From contig CM022670.1 of the NCBI GenBank assembly GCA_012295275.1, positions 41,044,001-41,108,000 of the forward strand: 64,000 nucleotides of DNA. The letters are read 5' to 3'. Of this stretch, positions 44,290 to 58,601 are shown piece by piece (positions within the stretch are counted from its first letter, which is position 1; each line of letters opens with the position of its first letter). The stretch is from Chrysomallon squamiferum. Its lineage: Eukaryota; Animalia; Mollusca. Made by a program: the position numbers and the translations under genes. The notes under the pieces were generated by a model, which ran no database searches, was not told the origin of the DNA, and saw only the letters and a program-made list of their open reading frames with translations.

Positions 44290-47200
44290 GATAAGGCAGT
44301 GAAAACTACGACAGTATTTGTCAGGTTTGTGTTAAGTTAGCTCATTTATTTTATATAATTATAGAAAGTAGATCTGTCGTTTTATTTACTTATTTCTTAC
44401 CACATGACATGTACAGGTGTTAATATTTTAAAAAAAACGATAACATTTGTTATGACCTGGTGTTAATTTTGCAGCCGTCATTATCAGTTGTGCGCCGTCG
44501 GGTTAACCCAGTTTTGTAAAACAATGGCTGGTTTAAGTTTCACCGGTGACAGCCAGCAATCACGTTTTCCTTAGCAAGTAAAACAAGAATAGTATTTAAC
44601 CCTAGTTTATTTTATTAATTTATTTATTATAGTTTTAAAAACTCCTTATTAGTTAATTATAGTTAGAAGAAGAATTGCACGTTGTAATAGTATTTCCTTT
44701 TTATATATATATATATTATATTTTTATTTATTTATTACAGTGATTTTGTAACTATTTGTTAAAGACTATTTTGTTGTTGTTCTCTTCTTCTTCTTCTTTT
44801 TTTTTTTTTTTTTTTTGCTAAATAAGTAAATAATAATCTGTGAAAGACAGACATTTCTGCTCGGAATAAAGTGATAAGCTAAGATGTACTAGTGTGTTCG
44901 TGAAACAGGATGATGTGAATCAGTGCAAATCATTTTGGTCATGTTTAACTGATTGACTGTTTAGTGCTGTAATTAATGTATTTACACTAGCTAAAAAACA
45001 AAATAAAGAAAAACAAACACAAATTGCCTACAGGAGAATTGGCGTTGCTTGAGCCGTTCGATTAGTATCGTCTGCTCCAACTACTTCGATTAATATACAT
45101 TAGGTTGATAACGTAAGTATGAATGATATCGCGGTCATAAAGAAACGAATGTCGGGATTGGTTGTAAACCACGTATACCTGTTAGACCGGTCTCTTGCCA
45201 TACAACCCACACACCTCTCCACACGTGGACAGGTAGGCCTGATCTGTGACGTAAATAATACAGTACAGTCATTCACTTTGTAAAGAAACCTCCCTAAAAT
45301 TGAAGGAATGTATAAGGCGTGTACGTAGTATACACGCTATCTGTAATCGCGATAAACTGTATTTGAACTTAATACATAAGTGCGAAATTAAGCAAAGGTG
45401 TGACTGGATTCCAAAGATGGTATTAATAATAAACAACACTACCAAACCCGTTTTAAGATGAGGTGCAAAACGTGTAGGTAAATATTTGTGCGTGCGTGCG
45501 TTTATGCCCAAAGCAAACCTGATTACGATAAATATCTTTGCAAAATGTTTTCCGCTGTCCGATGCAGTGTGTGTCACATAAAACGTTTGTGAAAAAGAAA
45601 TTATTTTAGCTCAGCAAATATTAACACTGGCTGTATTTAAAATAAAACCGCCGTTCAAACCGTCCAGGACAGGTGAAGGTAGGTTATGAGTAGCATATGT
45701 ACTGTAAAGCAGAATCCCAACAAACTATTTCAGGAATGTACGTTTAAATCACGCTCTCGGTGGAATGTAAAACTGATAAACTAAACGTAAAATAGCTCCG
45801 GGAACTTTTCAAATATTATGTAACGAGCGGATAAAAACAGATAAAATATAGCGAAAATGACGATTAGCTATACAAGTCCTGATAGCTATTTCAGTTGTCA
45901 CCAGAGGGCATATTATTATTATTATTTCAAATTTTGCCTCGATGTGTGTGTGTTAGCGTGTGCGTGTGTATGCATGTTTGTTCTGTATGTTTCTGTTTAC
46001 ATCAGATTTTTTTCACACATGAATACTAAAGCACACTTGCATGTAAATACAACAACAACAAGATAATAATAATAATATTTTTTCCATAAATTAAAAATAT
46101 TATTCAATATCATTTGATTTTTACTAGAACGAAATATTGTGTCTGATGTTTATAATTTGAATTATAAGGTAAAGATAAATAAGTTTTACAGAATATGTGT
46201 GTGGTTGTGTGTGTGTTATATGACTGGTGGAAAGTACATCTTGATAACTTTCAGTATGAAAATCTTCAAAATGTAATATTCAAAGTAAGAAAACTATTTG
46301 GAAAAAAAAAAAGAAGAAGGAAGAAAACGAAAAACGAAAAAAAAAAAAAAAGAACAACTGTAATCAAGGCTGAGAGAGGGGGAAAGAAGAGAGAGGAGGG
46401 GAGAAATAGGAGACCATTATGAATTCTATTAAACACAAATTAAAGATTAAGGGAAAAAAGAAAAAAAAAGAAAGAACGAAAAAGAAATGTTCTTTAATAC
46501 GTAACCATACGACGGTAATGTCAGCACTAGTCGTTAATCTAGATTTAGACGATTGTTATATAATGTATCATGAATGTAGGTCGACTTTCATACAATTAAA
46601 GCTGCCATGTCGCAATCAACGACAGTTTCCTTCGACTTAATCACTTTGCTACGAGTAATTGTTGTGTCTGTAATAGTTTGTAATACTTCCGTAGTGAGTT
46701 GTGCGGATTTGCAGTACAGATAAAATTATGTCTGACGTCAGTCAGCACAGGAAACAGACCAACGTACCACAGTAAAATCGTAACAGCTTGTTACTAGGTA
46801 CATCCGTTGTAACTTGCCGACACCAAGTCAAGATAGATGTGCACGTTGTTTTAAAAAATAAAGTAAATTAATAAAATGAGACAGTGATGACGATAATGAC
46901 AATTATGATGATGATGATGATGTTACCAAGATTCTAATAATATAATAGCTTTAAAAGAATTAAATTTGAAACCGCCGTTTTGTTGCTTAAAAAAAAAAAT
47001 ATATATATATATAAAAATAAAAAAATAAAAAAATAATAATAATAAAATAATATTTAAAAAATGCACACAAAACAGAGACACATTCAATTTTATTCGTCAT
47101 GCAGTTTCATCCGTCACCAACCCGACATAACACTGGCTGAACCACAAGACATGACAATAATATTATGCACTCGAAATACATTTAAATCTCCATAGAAACT

Positions 47201-47666
47201 GTAAAGAGAGCATTCTTGCTAAGAAGTCAATTTCTATACGCACTTCTTAAAACAGGACAGATGGCTGTAGGAGTCACGTGCGGAGAACTCGGGGAGGAAT
47301 TGGAGGGTGATCCTCTGTTTTCGACATCTGTCGTCTGCTGTCTGATTAACTCAAAACAGTATTATACACGTACATTTCCTCACAATGCAAAACAGTGTGG
47401 CAGCTGCTATTTATTTAACATATTTTACTGATAAATTATTATTTGTTTATTGTATGGTTAGAGCACTTGGTTTACTCATTAATTCGAACATATTACTGTT
47501 ATATTCCTTGACTCTGAATGTTTTGCTATTTATGGTACTGTGTCGATGCACTGTAATTTAAAACGTATGTCTGAATTTAATAAAATACTGTCATTAAATA
47601 TTTCATAGCTGATGTTGGCAGTTGTGGTGGTGGAAGAGGTTTCTCTCATTATTAGTTAATATTACG

Positions 47667-47718
<52 letters not shown>

Positions 47719-47729
47719 TTACTACTACA

Positions 47730-47783
<54 letters not shown>

Positions 47784-48172
47784 TCCTCTGCTACTGTTGT
47801 TGTTAAATAGCACAAACACAAATTTAGAGACAAAATAGCACACACTGAAGGCCAAACAAAACACGTACTGCCATACCCTTCCTTCACCTCCCCCCCCCCA
47901 ACTTTCCTGTTCTGTTGCCCTCTGGTGAATCATGGGATACTACTCGATATGAACCCGAGGAAGAGAGCGCTGACTCATCATTATTCAAGTCTTTGTCGTC
48001 GATTGATTAGCATTGATTACATCATCGTTTCCATAGTGATTAAAAATTCCTGTTTGTGATTTGCCTGCAAGCAGCTTTATGTAAAAATTACTTCGAATAA
48101 AGTTCATATTTAAATTAAAAAACAAACATAAACTGAGAAATTCGTTCTTCTTCTTCTTCTTCATTATTGTTG

Positions 48173-48231
<59 letters not shown>

Positions 48232-48607
48232 TGTATAAGTTACAACCGGTGTGCGTATGTGTGTGATAGTCTTCTATAATGCTTTCATAATTCCGATTAA
48301 TTACTTTGATACGACTTAAGATCACCAGTATGTCGCTTGATCGTCTTTATCCTTTTTGTCCGTCACAAAAAAACGTAAAGTAAATCTGCACGGCTCATCA
48401 TTAGATTCCTGCTTACAAAAAGTAACCGAATTCAATGACTGTATAGAATATATTTTAGCAGAGATTATCATTATCATCATTATTGCTATTATTATCATTG
48501 TTGTTGTTGTTGGAAGTGGTAATGTTGGTCGTGAGATGATTATTATTAATTTTGTTTTTAATAAAAAAGAAAAGAAAAGAAGAAGGTAATTAATAAGAAG
48601 GAGATTA

Positions 48608-48656
<49 letters not shown>

Positions 48657-49562
48657 ATTAAAAAGGACTGTTACAAAGCAATTTTTCATTCTCTTTTTAT
48701 TCTTTCTGTTTTCCTTGTTAATTCAAATTAATTTCAAAGCTGAATCTAACCTTCGTTCGGTGCGAGTGTACATAACAATGAAACAAAACAATGTATTGGA
48801 CCACGCCTACTGAAAAATTAACGGAATGTCACGAAATGAAATATCCCAGAATGCAATTTCAGGATCTGACCAAGTGCATTCGGGTCAGAAAAGTAACATT
48901 AAAATGGGGAGTTGTTTGCGAGGTGCTAGTTCATTTTAAAAAGTCACATAACTTACTAATGTACTTATTAACAGTGTGTTCACACGATCATTAAATAGCT
49001 TTGTTGATGAAAAACGCTTTTGTCTTTCAATCAGAAACAGTTAATAGAGCGAGGTGTTAATATGCAGCAGTATATATTTTTCTCAGTTTTCCTCTTTTAT
49101 TTATTTATTTATTTATTATTAAGATTTATATTTGTATGGAAATATTTTAGTAATTATAATTGCATATTTTAATAGCCCAAGATAATACCCAGTTGCTATA
49201 AATAAATAAATAAAATCCCCATTACTACCATTATTTATCGCATAGCCAAATCAATTGATAAATTTCAATGCAAAAGGCTTGCTCACTTCAGTATTATTAT
49301 GGAGTTAATATATTTAACTTTCCAGTGATAGTTAACAATACCAGTGATATAAATACAGGTTTATTCATTTAGTTTTAATGAGTTAGTATTACATTTCTTT
49401 ATTATAGATATATTACGACAGCAGAAGATGTAACTTGAATGTATTTCAAATTATTAAAGAAATATAAATAAATAAACTGGCTTCTTTTATTTTATATATT
49501 TATTCGTGTATTTATTATTATTATTATTACTATTTATTTGTTATTGTTATTATTATTATTAC

Positions 49563-49600
<38 letters not shown>

Positions 49601-49607
49601 TTATTTA

Positions 49608-49646
<39 letters not shown>

Positions 49647-50646
49647 TTATTTATTTTATTATTATTATTATTATTTTGTTTTGATAACTGTCTTCTGACA
49701 TAAAAATTAACATAAAAATTAGTATTAAAACATAATGATTGTGGTCACGGAAATGTTTTCTTTGCATTAAAACTAATTATTGCTCCAAGAATTACCTCCC
49801 TTTAATAATTACGATTAACAATAATTATATATTAACTTCAAGACGAATCAATTTATTTCTCTTAACCATCTATATCACTGCACCATATACTTTTAAACTG
49901 TTCATAAATTATCATCGGAATCATCATCATCATTATTTTTGGCGTTGTTGTTGCATGTGGGTGTGCAGTGATGAGATACTGAACTTTAAATACATGTATC
50001 ATGATAACCGACATATTGTTAATATGTTTTATATATGCTGTATTATCAAGCATTTACGCAACTGGTGTGTGATAACTCGTCTATGCGATATATTTATCTT
50101 CTAATTTATCAACTTTACACAGCCGTAGATATTTTATTTGTCATGTGATTACAAAGTCTGACAGACGGACACAATATACTGTCTTAAAAATTAAACATAA
50201 AACCAAATAACCGAATAACAAAAACAATCATAAAAACAACAACTACAGAAACGACAAAAACTATAATCATCAGTTTTTCGTTAAGATTATTTTTTAATTT
50301 TTAAATTGTATACACATACATACACACACAGACAGATGGATAGACCAACACACATACATATTTAAATATACACAGATATTAAAATAAATATGGAGTTAAT
50401 AATATATATCGACTGAATTTTGTTGGCCTCTTATTTTAACATACATAATATATACTTAGCCAAGTCTGAAAAAATAAGCTTATTTTAAATCTGATATTAA
50501 TTGTTTTTATAGATAATTATTCTTATGCTTTCCTTCTACTCATAACGTTTCGATAGCTTTTGACTAATAATAATCTCAGTAAAATATGCTAGGAATGCTA
50601 TTGTTTCATGGAGAGAGCGTCACACAAACATAATGAGTGAGTGAAT

Positions 50647-50734
<88 letters not shown>

Positions 50735-50953
50735 TGTCTGAATATATCTATATAAGTACGTATGTGTGTGGGTACGTGTGTCTATATCAATTACAATCTG
50801 CACGTTCTTCAAAAATCGTTTAACTTCATTTTCTTTTAATTTCTTTCTTTCTCATATGTCTTATTACATTATCAAACATAATTAATTTCACCAAAGTCTT
50901 TTCTGTAAACATAACTGTCAGACACATTTACCGAAGACAGCTTCTGTTCTATA

Positions 50954-51132
50954 CCATATATAGATTTTGTTTTTATTTTTATAATTTTTTTATTTTTATT
51001 TTTTTTAATTTTTTTTTTTTTTTAATACTATGAGCCATATATAGATAACCTACCTTGTTTTTGCTGACCAAGCCTTATAAGAGCATAAGCGACCAAGCAT
51101 TATAGAGCATAAGCCACCAGTACCTTATTTGG
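50954..51132. promoter_or_regulatory. CArG cluster upstream of the divergent actin
   Basis: CCTTATTTGG at 51123-51132 (exact). CCATATATAG at 50954-50963 and 51035-51044, and CCTTATAAGA near 51073 (one mismatch each). Confidence 0.5.
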
Positions 51133-51269
51133 TAACATTTATCGGATACACATTCCAGTTAGTCTGTATATTTATAAAACGATTACTGTTTATGAAACAA
51201 AATGACTAATTTCGTTACAATAATATTTTCATATAACCAACAGTTTCCGTAAGAAATCGGTGTGTACAG

Positions 51270-51316
<47 letters not shown>

Positions 51317-52054
51317 AGTATCATTAAACTGTGTTTAGATAACATTTCACACAAGGAAGAGGAGTAAGAAATGTTATTAATTCAGTTTTTATGTTGTATA
51401 GTATTCAAGTTATTTCAACATTAATATTTTCTTAATAAACACGCTCTAGATATGTGTATGTAACAAGGTGTTAATGCATACGAGAATGTAATAATATGTC
51501 TCTCTCACTTTCTACGTGAGTGCATCTACGTCTTTTTAAAATAAACACAATATCCAGCAACCTTTCAACAGATCAATGTTCATACTTACCTAATACAAAT
51601 TAAATAAATTTAGTAAATGTTGCCTCCATTTATGTTCCACACTGAACTCCTTTTAAAAAACTTAATCTGTGAATGAGTTATGATAACGCTTCCTCATTTT
51701 CTGAAATCTTGGAACCGCATCACCATAAAACTGTTGTTCGTGATTAAAAAATGAATGTTTTTGCAGAAATTATTTCATCTTAAAATAGAAGTTGCTATGG
51801 AATTTTACGTCATAATTCATGAATCCGGATGACGTCTTATGTAGACCAGATATAGCCATTGGTTAGTATTAACTATCAGTAGCCAACCAAATGTTACGTT
51901 ACAGATTTGGTAATAACTCTATTGACAAGGAAATACAAAAGGATTTATTTTATCTTACTCTGACTTGTCACTTGATGTTTAAGAACAACCATTACACATG
52001 TTTCTAGTAAATCAGAATATTGCTAGTTGACGAAAATGTTGATTGTAAATCAAA

Positions 52055-53538
52055 ATGTCTACACACAGTCCATCTGTCGTTGAACATTCGAATGCTCTTG
52101 TCATAGACAACGGGTCAGGAATGTGCAAAGTAGGATTTGCTGGGGAAGAAGCCCCTAGAGCCGTTTTCCCTTCTATTGTTGGGCATGTTAGACACAAAGT
52201 GAGTGTGTACGCACATGATGCGTAAGGGGTGGGGATAATGAATTTGATTTCATCCCACCCACCCGAAATCTCTGAATTACAGTTTGTTACAGTTTATACT
52301 GAGAGAGAAAACAGTACATAATAGAGTAGTATACAATGCTACATGATAATAATAATAGTAATTATTATTATTGTTGTTGTTGTTGTTGTTGTTTTTGTTG
52401 TTGTTGTTATTGTTGCTGTTGTTGTTGTTTGCTAGTGTGATTGGGAACTTTGAGAATTTGATGATTAGTTTAAGAAAAGTCTGTTGCACATTAGTAATTA
52501 CTCACTAATATGAGATTTAATACTGTTTTTCAGGCTGTGTTGGTTGGTTTAAAGCAAGACCCAGTCTATGTAGGATACGAAGCAGAGGCCAAAAGAGGAC
52601 TGCTTACACTGAAGTATCCTATAAGACATGGAATTGTCACTAACTGGGATGACATGGAGAAAGTTTGGCATCATGCGTTCATTAATGAGCTTCGGGTTAA
52701 TCCACAGGATCATCCAGTTCTTCTTTCAGAGGCACCACTGAATCCTAAAGTAAACCGAGAAAGAATGACACAAGTTATGTTTGAAACTTTCAGCTGTCCT
52801 GCAGTTTACATTGGCATCGAGGCCATCTTGTCTCTGTATGCCACAGGTCGAACTACTGGCATCGTCCTCAACTCGGGTGATGGCGTCACTCATATTGTGC
52901 CAATCTATGAAGGTTACACTCTGCCCCATGCTATCAAGAGACTTGATTTTGCTGGCCGGGACCTCACTGAGTACCTGATGATGATTCTCACAGAGCGCGG
53001 TTACTCCCTCACCACCACAGCCGAGAGAGAAATTGTTAAAGATATCAAAGAGAAACTGTGCTTTGTTGCCCAGGATTTTGAAGAAGAAATGCGTACTGCA
53101 CCAACGACTGCAGATCTGGAACAGAGCTATGAACTTCCAGATGGACACATGCTGACTATAGCCACTGAGAGGTTCCGGTGTCCTGAAGTGTTGTTCCACC
53201 CGTGTCTGATAGGACTTGAATACAAAGGAATCCATCAGCGAACATTCCGTTCCATCATGAGATGTGATATTGATATCCGTAAAGACCTCTACGGTAACAT
53301 CGTCCTGGCAGGAGGCTCCACAATGTTTCCGGGAATTGTTACTAGAATGGAAAAAGAAGTTACTCATCTTGCACCTACAGCTATGAGGGTCAAGGTCATT
53401 GCACTTCCCGAGAGGAAGTTTGCTGTATGGATTGGGGGTTCTATTTTAGCTGATCTTTCAACTTTCAAAACAATGTGGATCACCAAACAGGAATACTTAG
53501 AATCAGGTCCTGGTATTGTACACAGGAAATGTATCTAA
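52055..53538 (+). CDS. Divergent actin / actin-like protein, 382 aa. Exons 52055-52198 and 52534-53538
   Basis: [48 protein letters not shown]|GTGAGT...TTTTTCAG|[14 protein letters not shown]...HRKCI*. Same phase-0 intron position and same 1005-nt terminal exon length as the conventional actin; intact frame; AATAAA at about 53566. Confidence 0.93.
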
Positions 53539-55102
53539 TTTGGTGTCTTTTCTCTTTATCCATAAAATAAATATTATCATAAACAACAAGACATTTGATG
53601 AAATGGTCACCATTATCACTGATCTGTTTTATAAATTGTTTTCGGCAAAAACCTGCATTTGAGAAGATTCAAAATAAGAGGAAAGAATTATTCTCTCAAT
53701 TTTAGCCAGAACTTTTTAAAATGTTATAGCTTGGCTGTTCAGACTCACAGTTTCCCCAGTTACTGAAATTTGTTTTTAAACTTTTATTTTACCTTTTTAG
53801 TCTTCTAGTTTTATTAACTTATTTTTGTTTTGTTTTGTTTTTTGTTGATTTGTTGTTGTTTTTTGTGCTGTTTTTGGTTGGTGTTGTTTTTGTTGATTTT
53901 TATTTTACATATCTGTTGAGATTTTATTTGTTAACCAGTCTCATCAACAGTATGAATAGAGTTTGATTTTAATTCTTTGACATGAATTGTAGAATTTGGG
54001 TGATAGAGAGTTTACCTATCAGTTAATAGCATAATTATGTACAAGTGCATTAAAGAAATCTCACTTTTTAAAATCAGGATTGAACATTTTATTATATATT
54101 TATATTTATTACAAGTATATTTTATTGTTACTTGTTTTTTGAATATTTTTGGTTCACTCTTTTGTAATGATCTATACTGTGATACTATTATATCGTACAT
54201 AAATAAAGGTATTTTTAACAATATATAATTTTGTTCTTATTTCTCAAAATTACCAACATTTTTGAAAGAATAAACATAAAAGAAAGATTTAATATTTTTC
54301 CTTTTAGAGATTATTATATTAATTTTATAATAACTTTTAATATTAAATATTTTTGAATTTTATTAAATTAATTAATACATTTTTCTATTTACATAGTATT
54401 ATGGCAGATCAGTTACCATAAACTGGATTAACATACAGGTCATGGTTTAATTTTGCTTATTGCTTAGTTTCATCCTGTAGGCTCCAGAGGGAATATAAAG
54501 TAATTTGAACGATTTCATGTTTTATTATTTTTTTATTATTATTGTTATTATTATTATTGTTATTATTATTGTTGTTCTTATTATTATTACAGATTTTACT
54601 AATTATAAAATGCTACATCAAATGAAAAATGTTAACAAGAAAAACATGTCGACATAATTTTATGATAGAATTTTAAGATTTCCAATAGGCTATCCATTAC
54701 CTAATATATATCATCAAATATCACTACATTTTTAATTTATTAATGAAACTGAATCTAAACTGAAACAACAAGTCGTAGACTTAGTAACATTCAAAAATAA
54801 TCCATTTCTGATTTCACTTAAAACAGGCTGTGTACTTTAAATTGCGCTAGATCATCATCATGGATGTTGTTCGTAATTTTAATGTTAACGCTAATAGGGT
54901 CAATCTAATACGACATATACAAGACAGTTAAATATTAATTATGTAATAAAAATTATGTGATATTACAATAGCGTTGTGAATTTCATTATTCCTAAAATCT
55001 GCAGTTTAAAAAAACATTACGTTTAAAAAAGAAAATTGATTCCTTATTTCGTCACTACAATGTACTGTTAACTACCACTTATTTGGGTTACCTAGACATG
55101 TT

Positions 55103-55176
55103 GGCTCTATAGCTCAGTTGGTTAGAGCGTCTGCCTAGTAAGCAGAAGGTCGAGGGTTCGAATCCCTCTGGAGCCT
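55103..55176 (+). tRNA. tRNA-Thr (anticodon AGT)
   Basis: Acceptor stem GGCTCTA/TGGAGCC, D arm GCTC..GAGC, anticodon arm TCTGC-CT AGT AA-GCAGA (AGT at 55137-55139), T arm GAGGG-TTCGAAT-CCCTC, and a T-run terminator at 55181. Confidence 0.95.
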
Positions 55177-55578
55177 TTCATTTTTTTCTTTCTCAAAAAT
55201 AAAACTATATTTTTTATTGTCTTTTAAAAGTAATATTGTTATTTATTTTCTTTCGTTTCACATTTTATTGTTGTCACTGACCTAAGCACGATCAAATCTG
55301 TATTAGCGAAATAATTTGTTATGCGCATATATATATTTTATATTGTAGTAATCCAGATTAATTATAGAATGAAAAATATATAATTATTATAAACAATATA
55401 TACCTTGTTTCTGACCGTAATAATGTTTTGTTGTATAGAAGTTATTAATAATAAAACAATTCCTGTTACTGTCAGTGCCTTTAAGCCGTTTTTCAAAGAC
55501 TGATTTAAAAAAAAAAAAAAAAAAGTTTTCTTCTTCTTGTTCTTCTTTTCTTTGAAAGACTGCAACTGTACCTATCAT

Positions 55579-56496
55579 TCAACGACAGAGTTCTAGTAGA
55601 ACGCTTAATAGTGCTATAAACATAAACAGTGCAGGTTTGTCCCTGTTTGTTCCAGCCCCAGGTTTGTCTCGAACTGTAGGTGTTGTAGTTGATGCCTTGG
55701 TCAGTGAATTGTCAGTTGTTGAAACATTCTAAAATAAATAATAAACGATATACACAGACATACAACATGCAAATACAGTTTCATCAACATCAATGGTAGT
55801 GGTGGTTATATACGTACTGGTAGCATTTACGATCGATCGCAACAGTTAAACTAGCTAAACCGTCTGTTCTATTTAACCAAGCTTTGCCTTAAGTTAACAA
55901 TCTAGGTTCTGTGTGTGTCTGCATGTGTGTGTTTGTGTGTGCTTGTCTGAGTCTTTGTGACAGAGCGTGCGTGCGTGCGTCTGTCGACAATAGGTTCAGT
56001 TTAAATACACTTTGTTACAGTGTATTAATTTACGTAGCAGATGATTATAAGCATTGATATTATGAGCCTATGCTAAGTACAGTAAATAAATAAAAAATTT
56101 AAGTACAGAGGTAATGCCATGGTCTCATACGTCCCTGGAAGAGGGCTACCTAACTAGTGAACAGTTGTAAATTAATACATACGTTCTTGAGTATTTTAAT
56201 ATATTTAACAGTCAAGATAAATATTTTGAAAAAGCCAGCAAATGAAGATTATTATATATAATGGACATACTCCTGCTGAAGAATCAGTGGTCGGTAGCTT
56301 TGATGACGTTGTTGATGCCGTCGGTGGTTTTGTTGCTATCGTAGACTGAACTGGTTTGACAATAGCAGATTTTACAGCCACCCAGTAACTGCTAAATTGT
56401 TGAACGTACGTGACCCTGACAATTAAAAATTTATATTAACTTAAATTGTAATATGTAATATTTTCCAAAGCAAATTTCAAGATTGTATTATCTTGA

Positions 56497-56550
<54 letters not shown>

Positions 56551-56870
56551 TTTATTTAGTCTTCCTGTTAATCGAATTTATAGCATAGTTTAAGTTTATG
56601 TGTTTCTGTTGAAGTATATAAGTAACCGTAGAACTATTTAAAAAAAAAAAATATAAGTCTAATTGTTAAAGTATTCATACGCAAGGGTATACGTATCATC
56701 TTAATCAAGTGATATGAGTAAATTTAAAATAAATAAAAATTTAGAAATCTTCAAATAACCAGAACTGGAGTTCGCCTTCGTCTGTGGTTGGAGCAGTCCA
56801 AACGAACGTAACTTCCGTTTTTACGCTATTTATAACATGTGTAATGGCAGACTGAAAAATAAAAATTGCT

Positions 56871-56918
<48 letters not shown>

Positions 56919-57463
56919 TCTATACGTCTTATTGAAATGTTTGGCTTGACAAATAATTGATCACTGTTATCATCTGATTGAGGAAACGTTAAGATTAACG
57001 CATATCCTATTATGAATGCGGTATTCCCAGTCTGTCGTTTATATATTATGAAGTCATACTTTATTATTAACAAAGGTTAGTTGGAAGCAAGAAAATAATT
57101 ATTAACAGCTGTATTAACTGTATTACTTATACCAAAAATATATTGCAAAACGAACCCCAGAGCAGGAAGTTCGTGAATCTACACCTGCCGAAAACTGCCC
57201 GTATCTGCGTGTCACATCTTTTGAAGGATTAGTGGTTCGAACCTGGATGAAGAAGCCCTTGAAAGTGCTTGAACTCAGGCTTTGTAGCGTTACTAAAAAC
57301 AAATTATTATCAGAAAATATACTCCAATTAAAAGGAAGATTAAAGTTATATTCAGATTAACTAAATATATATATCGTTTTTAAACTTTATAATAATATCA
57401 AATCGTATGAATATGTGAATAATTCAGCTTAAAAGTGTATTATGATGAATGTTATTAACAGAA

Positions 57464-57534
<71 letters not shown>

Positions 57535-58562
57535 CAACAACAACAACAACAACAAAATCAACACTACTTACAGTCTATGTTACCTTTAAAAAAGGCAAAC
57601 GCAGTTACCCCCAAAACTGTGCCCAACTTACGAGTTTTTCGAGTTATGAGCAGTCGCCCGGGCGATTTTTTGCTTTGAATTGCGAGCCAAAATCCGAGTT
57701 ACGAGCGAGCTTCAAATAGGCCGCCGCAGGTTGGTGCAACGAACAACACAACATGCGGCCAGCATCCCGCGTCTCACTCGTTTACTTCTCGTGGTCACCT
57801 CGCCGCGGAAGCATCTCTGTTGTGTTGTGCTCGCATTTTGTGCAGTATTTTGCCAAATTTCCACGGATCCTAAGAAAACGAGTGCAAAGGACAGTGCTGA
57901 GAACAAGATGTGGATGATGTCCGTTGAATTAAAACTTGAATTCATAGAAAAACATGATCGAGGTGTGCATGTAGTCGATTTGGCTAGGCAGTACGAGCGT
58001 AGTACTTCTACGATATGTACTAGACTGAAGCTGAAGGATTCGATAAAGGCTGTAACTCCAGCCAAAGGTGTTAAATAATTTGTCTGATATCCAAGATAAA
58101 CACACTTTACAAAACCAGTTTATTTCTTTACATTCTCTTTTAATTTTTTTTTTTTTTTTTTTTTCAATATTTGTCTTTTATAAATACATCTTTCTTATTT
58201 AAAAACACGTTACCAAAAAATAATAACAACAAAAAAAAAAAAAAAAGGTTATTTTGTGAGGCTGCAACGGATTAATGGTATTTCAATTAATTTCAACTTC
58301 GAATTTTGATTTGATATACGAGTTCGGTCACGGTACGAATTATACTCGTAAGTCAAGGTACCACTGTATATACAAAAGAAAAAATAAAGAAAATAATAAA
58401 GAAAAAGGAAAGTAAGAAAAAGAGAGATTAAAAAGAAAAAAAAGGAATAAAGGAAGAAATAGCTTTTGCACAACAAATAATAAAAAAAAATTTATAACTG
58501 TATTTTCAACCAAATGTTGTAACTAATGGGTTTCATTTGCTGCACGTACCAATTTTATATAT

Positions 58563-58601
<39 letters not shown>

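Noticed and set aside
39200-52000. Numerous 60-120 aa ORFs (poly-Y, poly-I, RE and SL repeats)
   Set aside because: Translations of microsatellites and low-complexity AT-rich DNA with no consistent exon chain.
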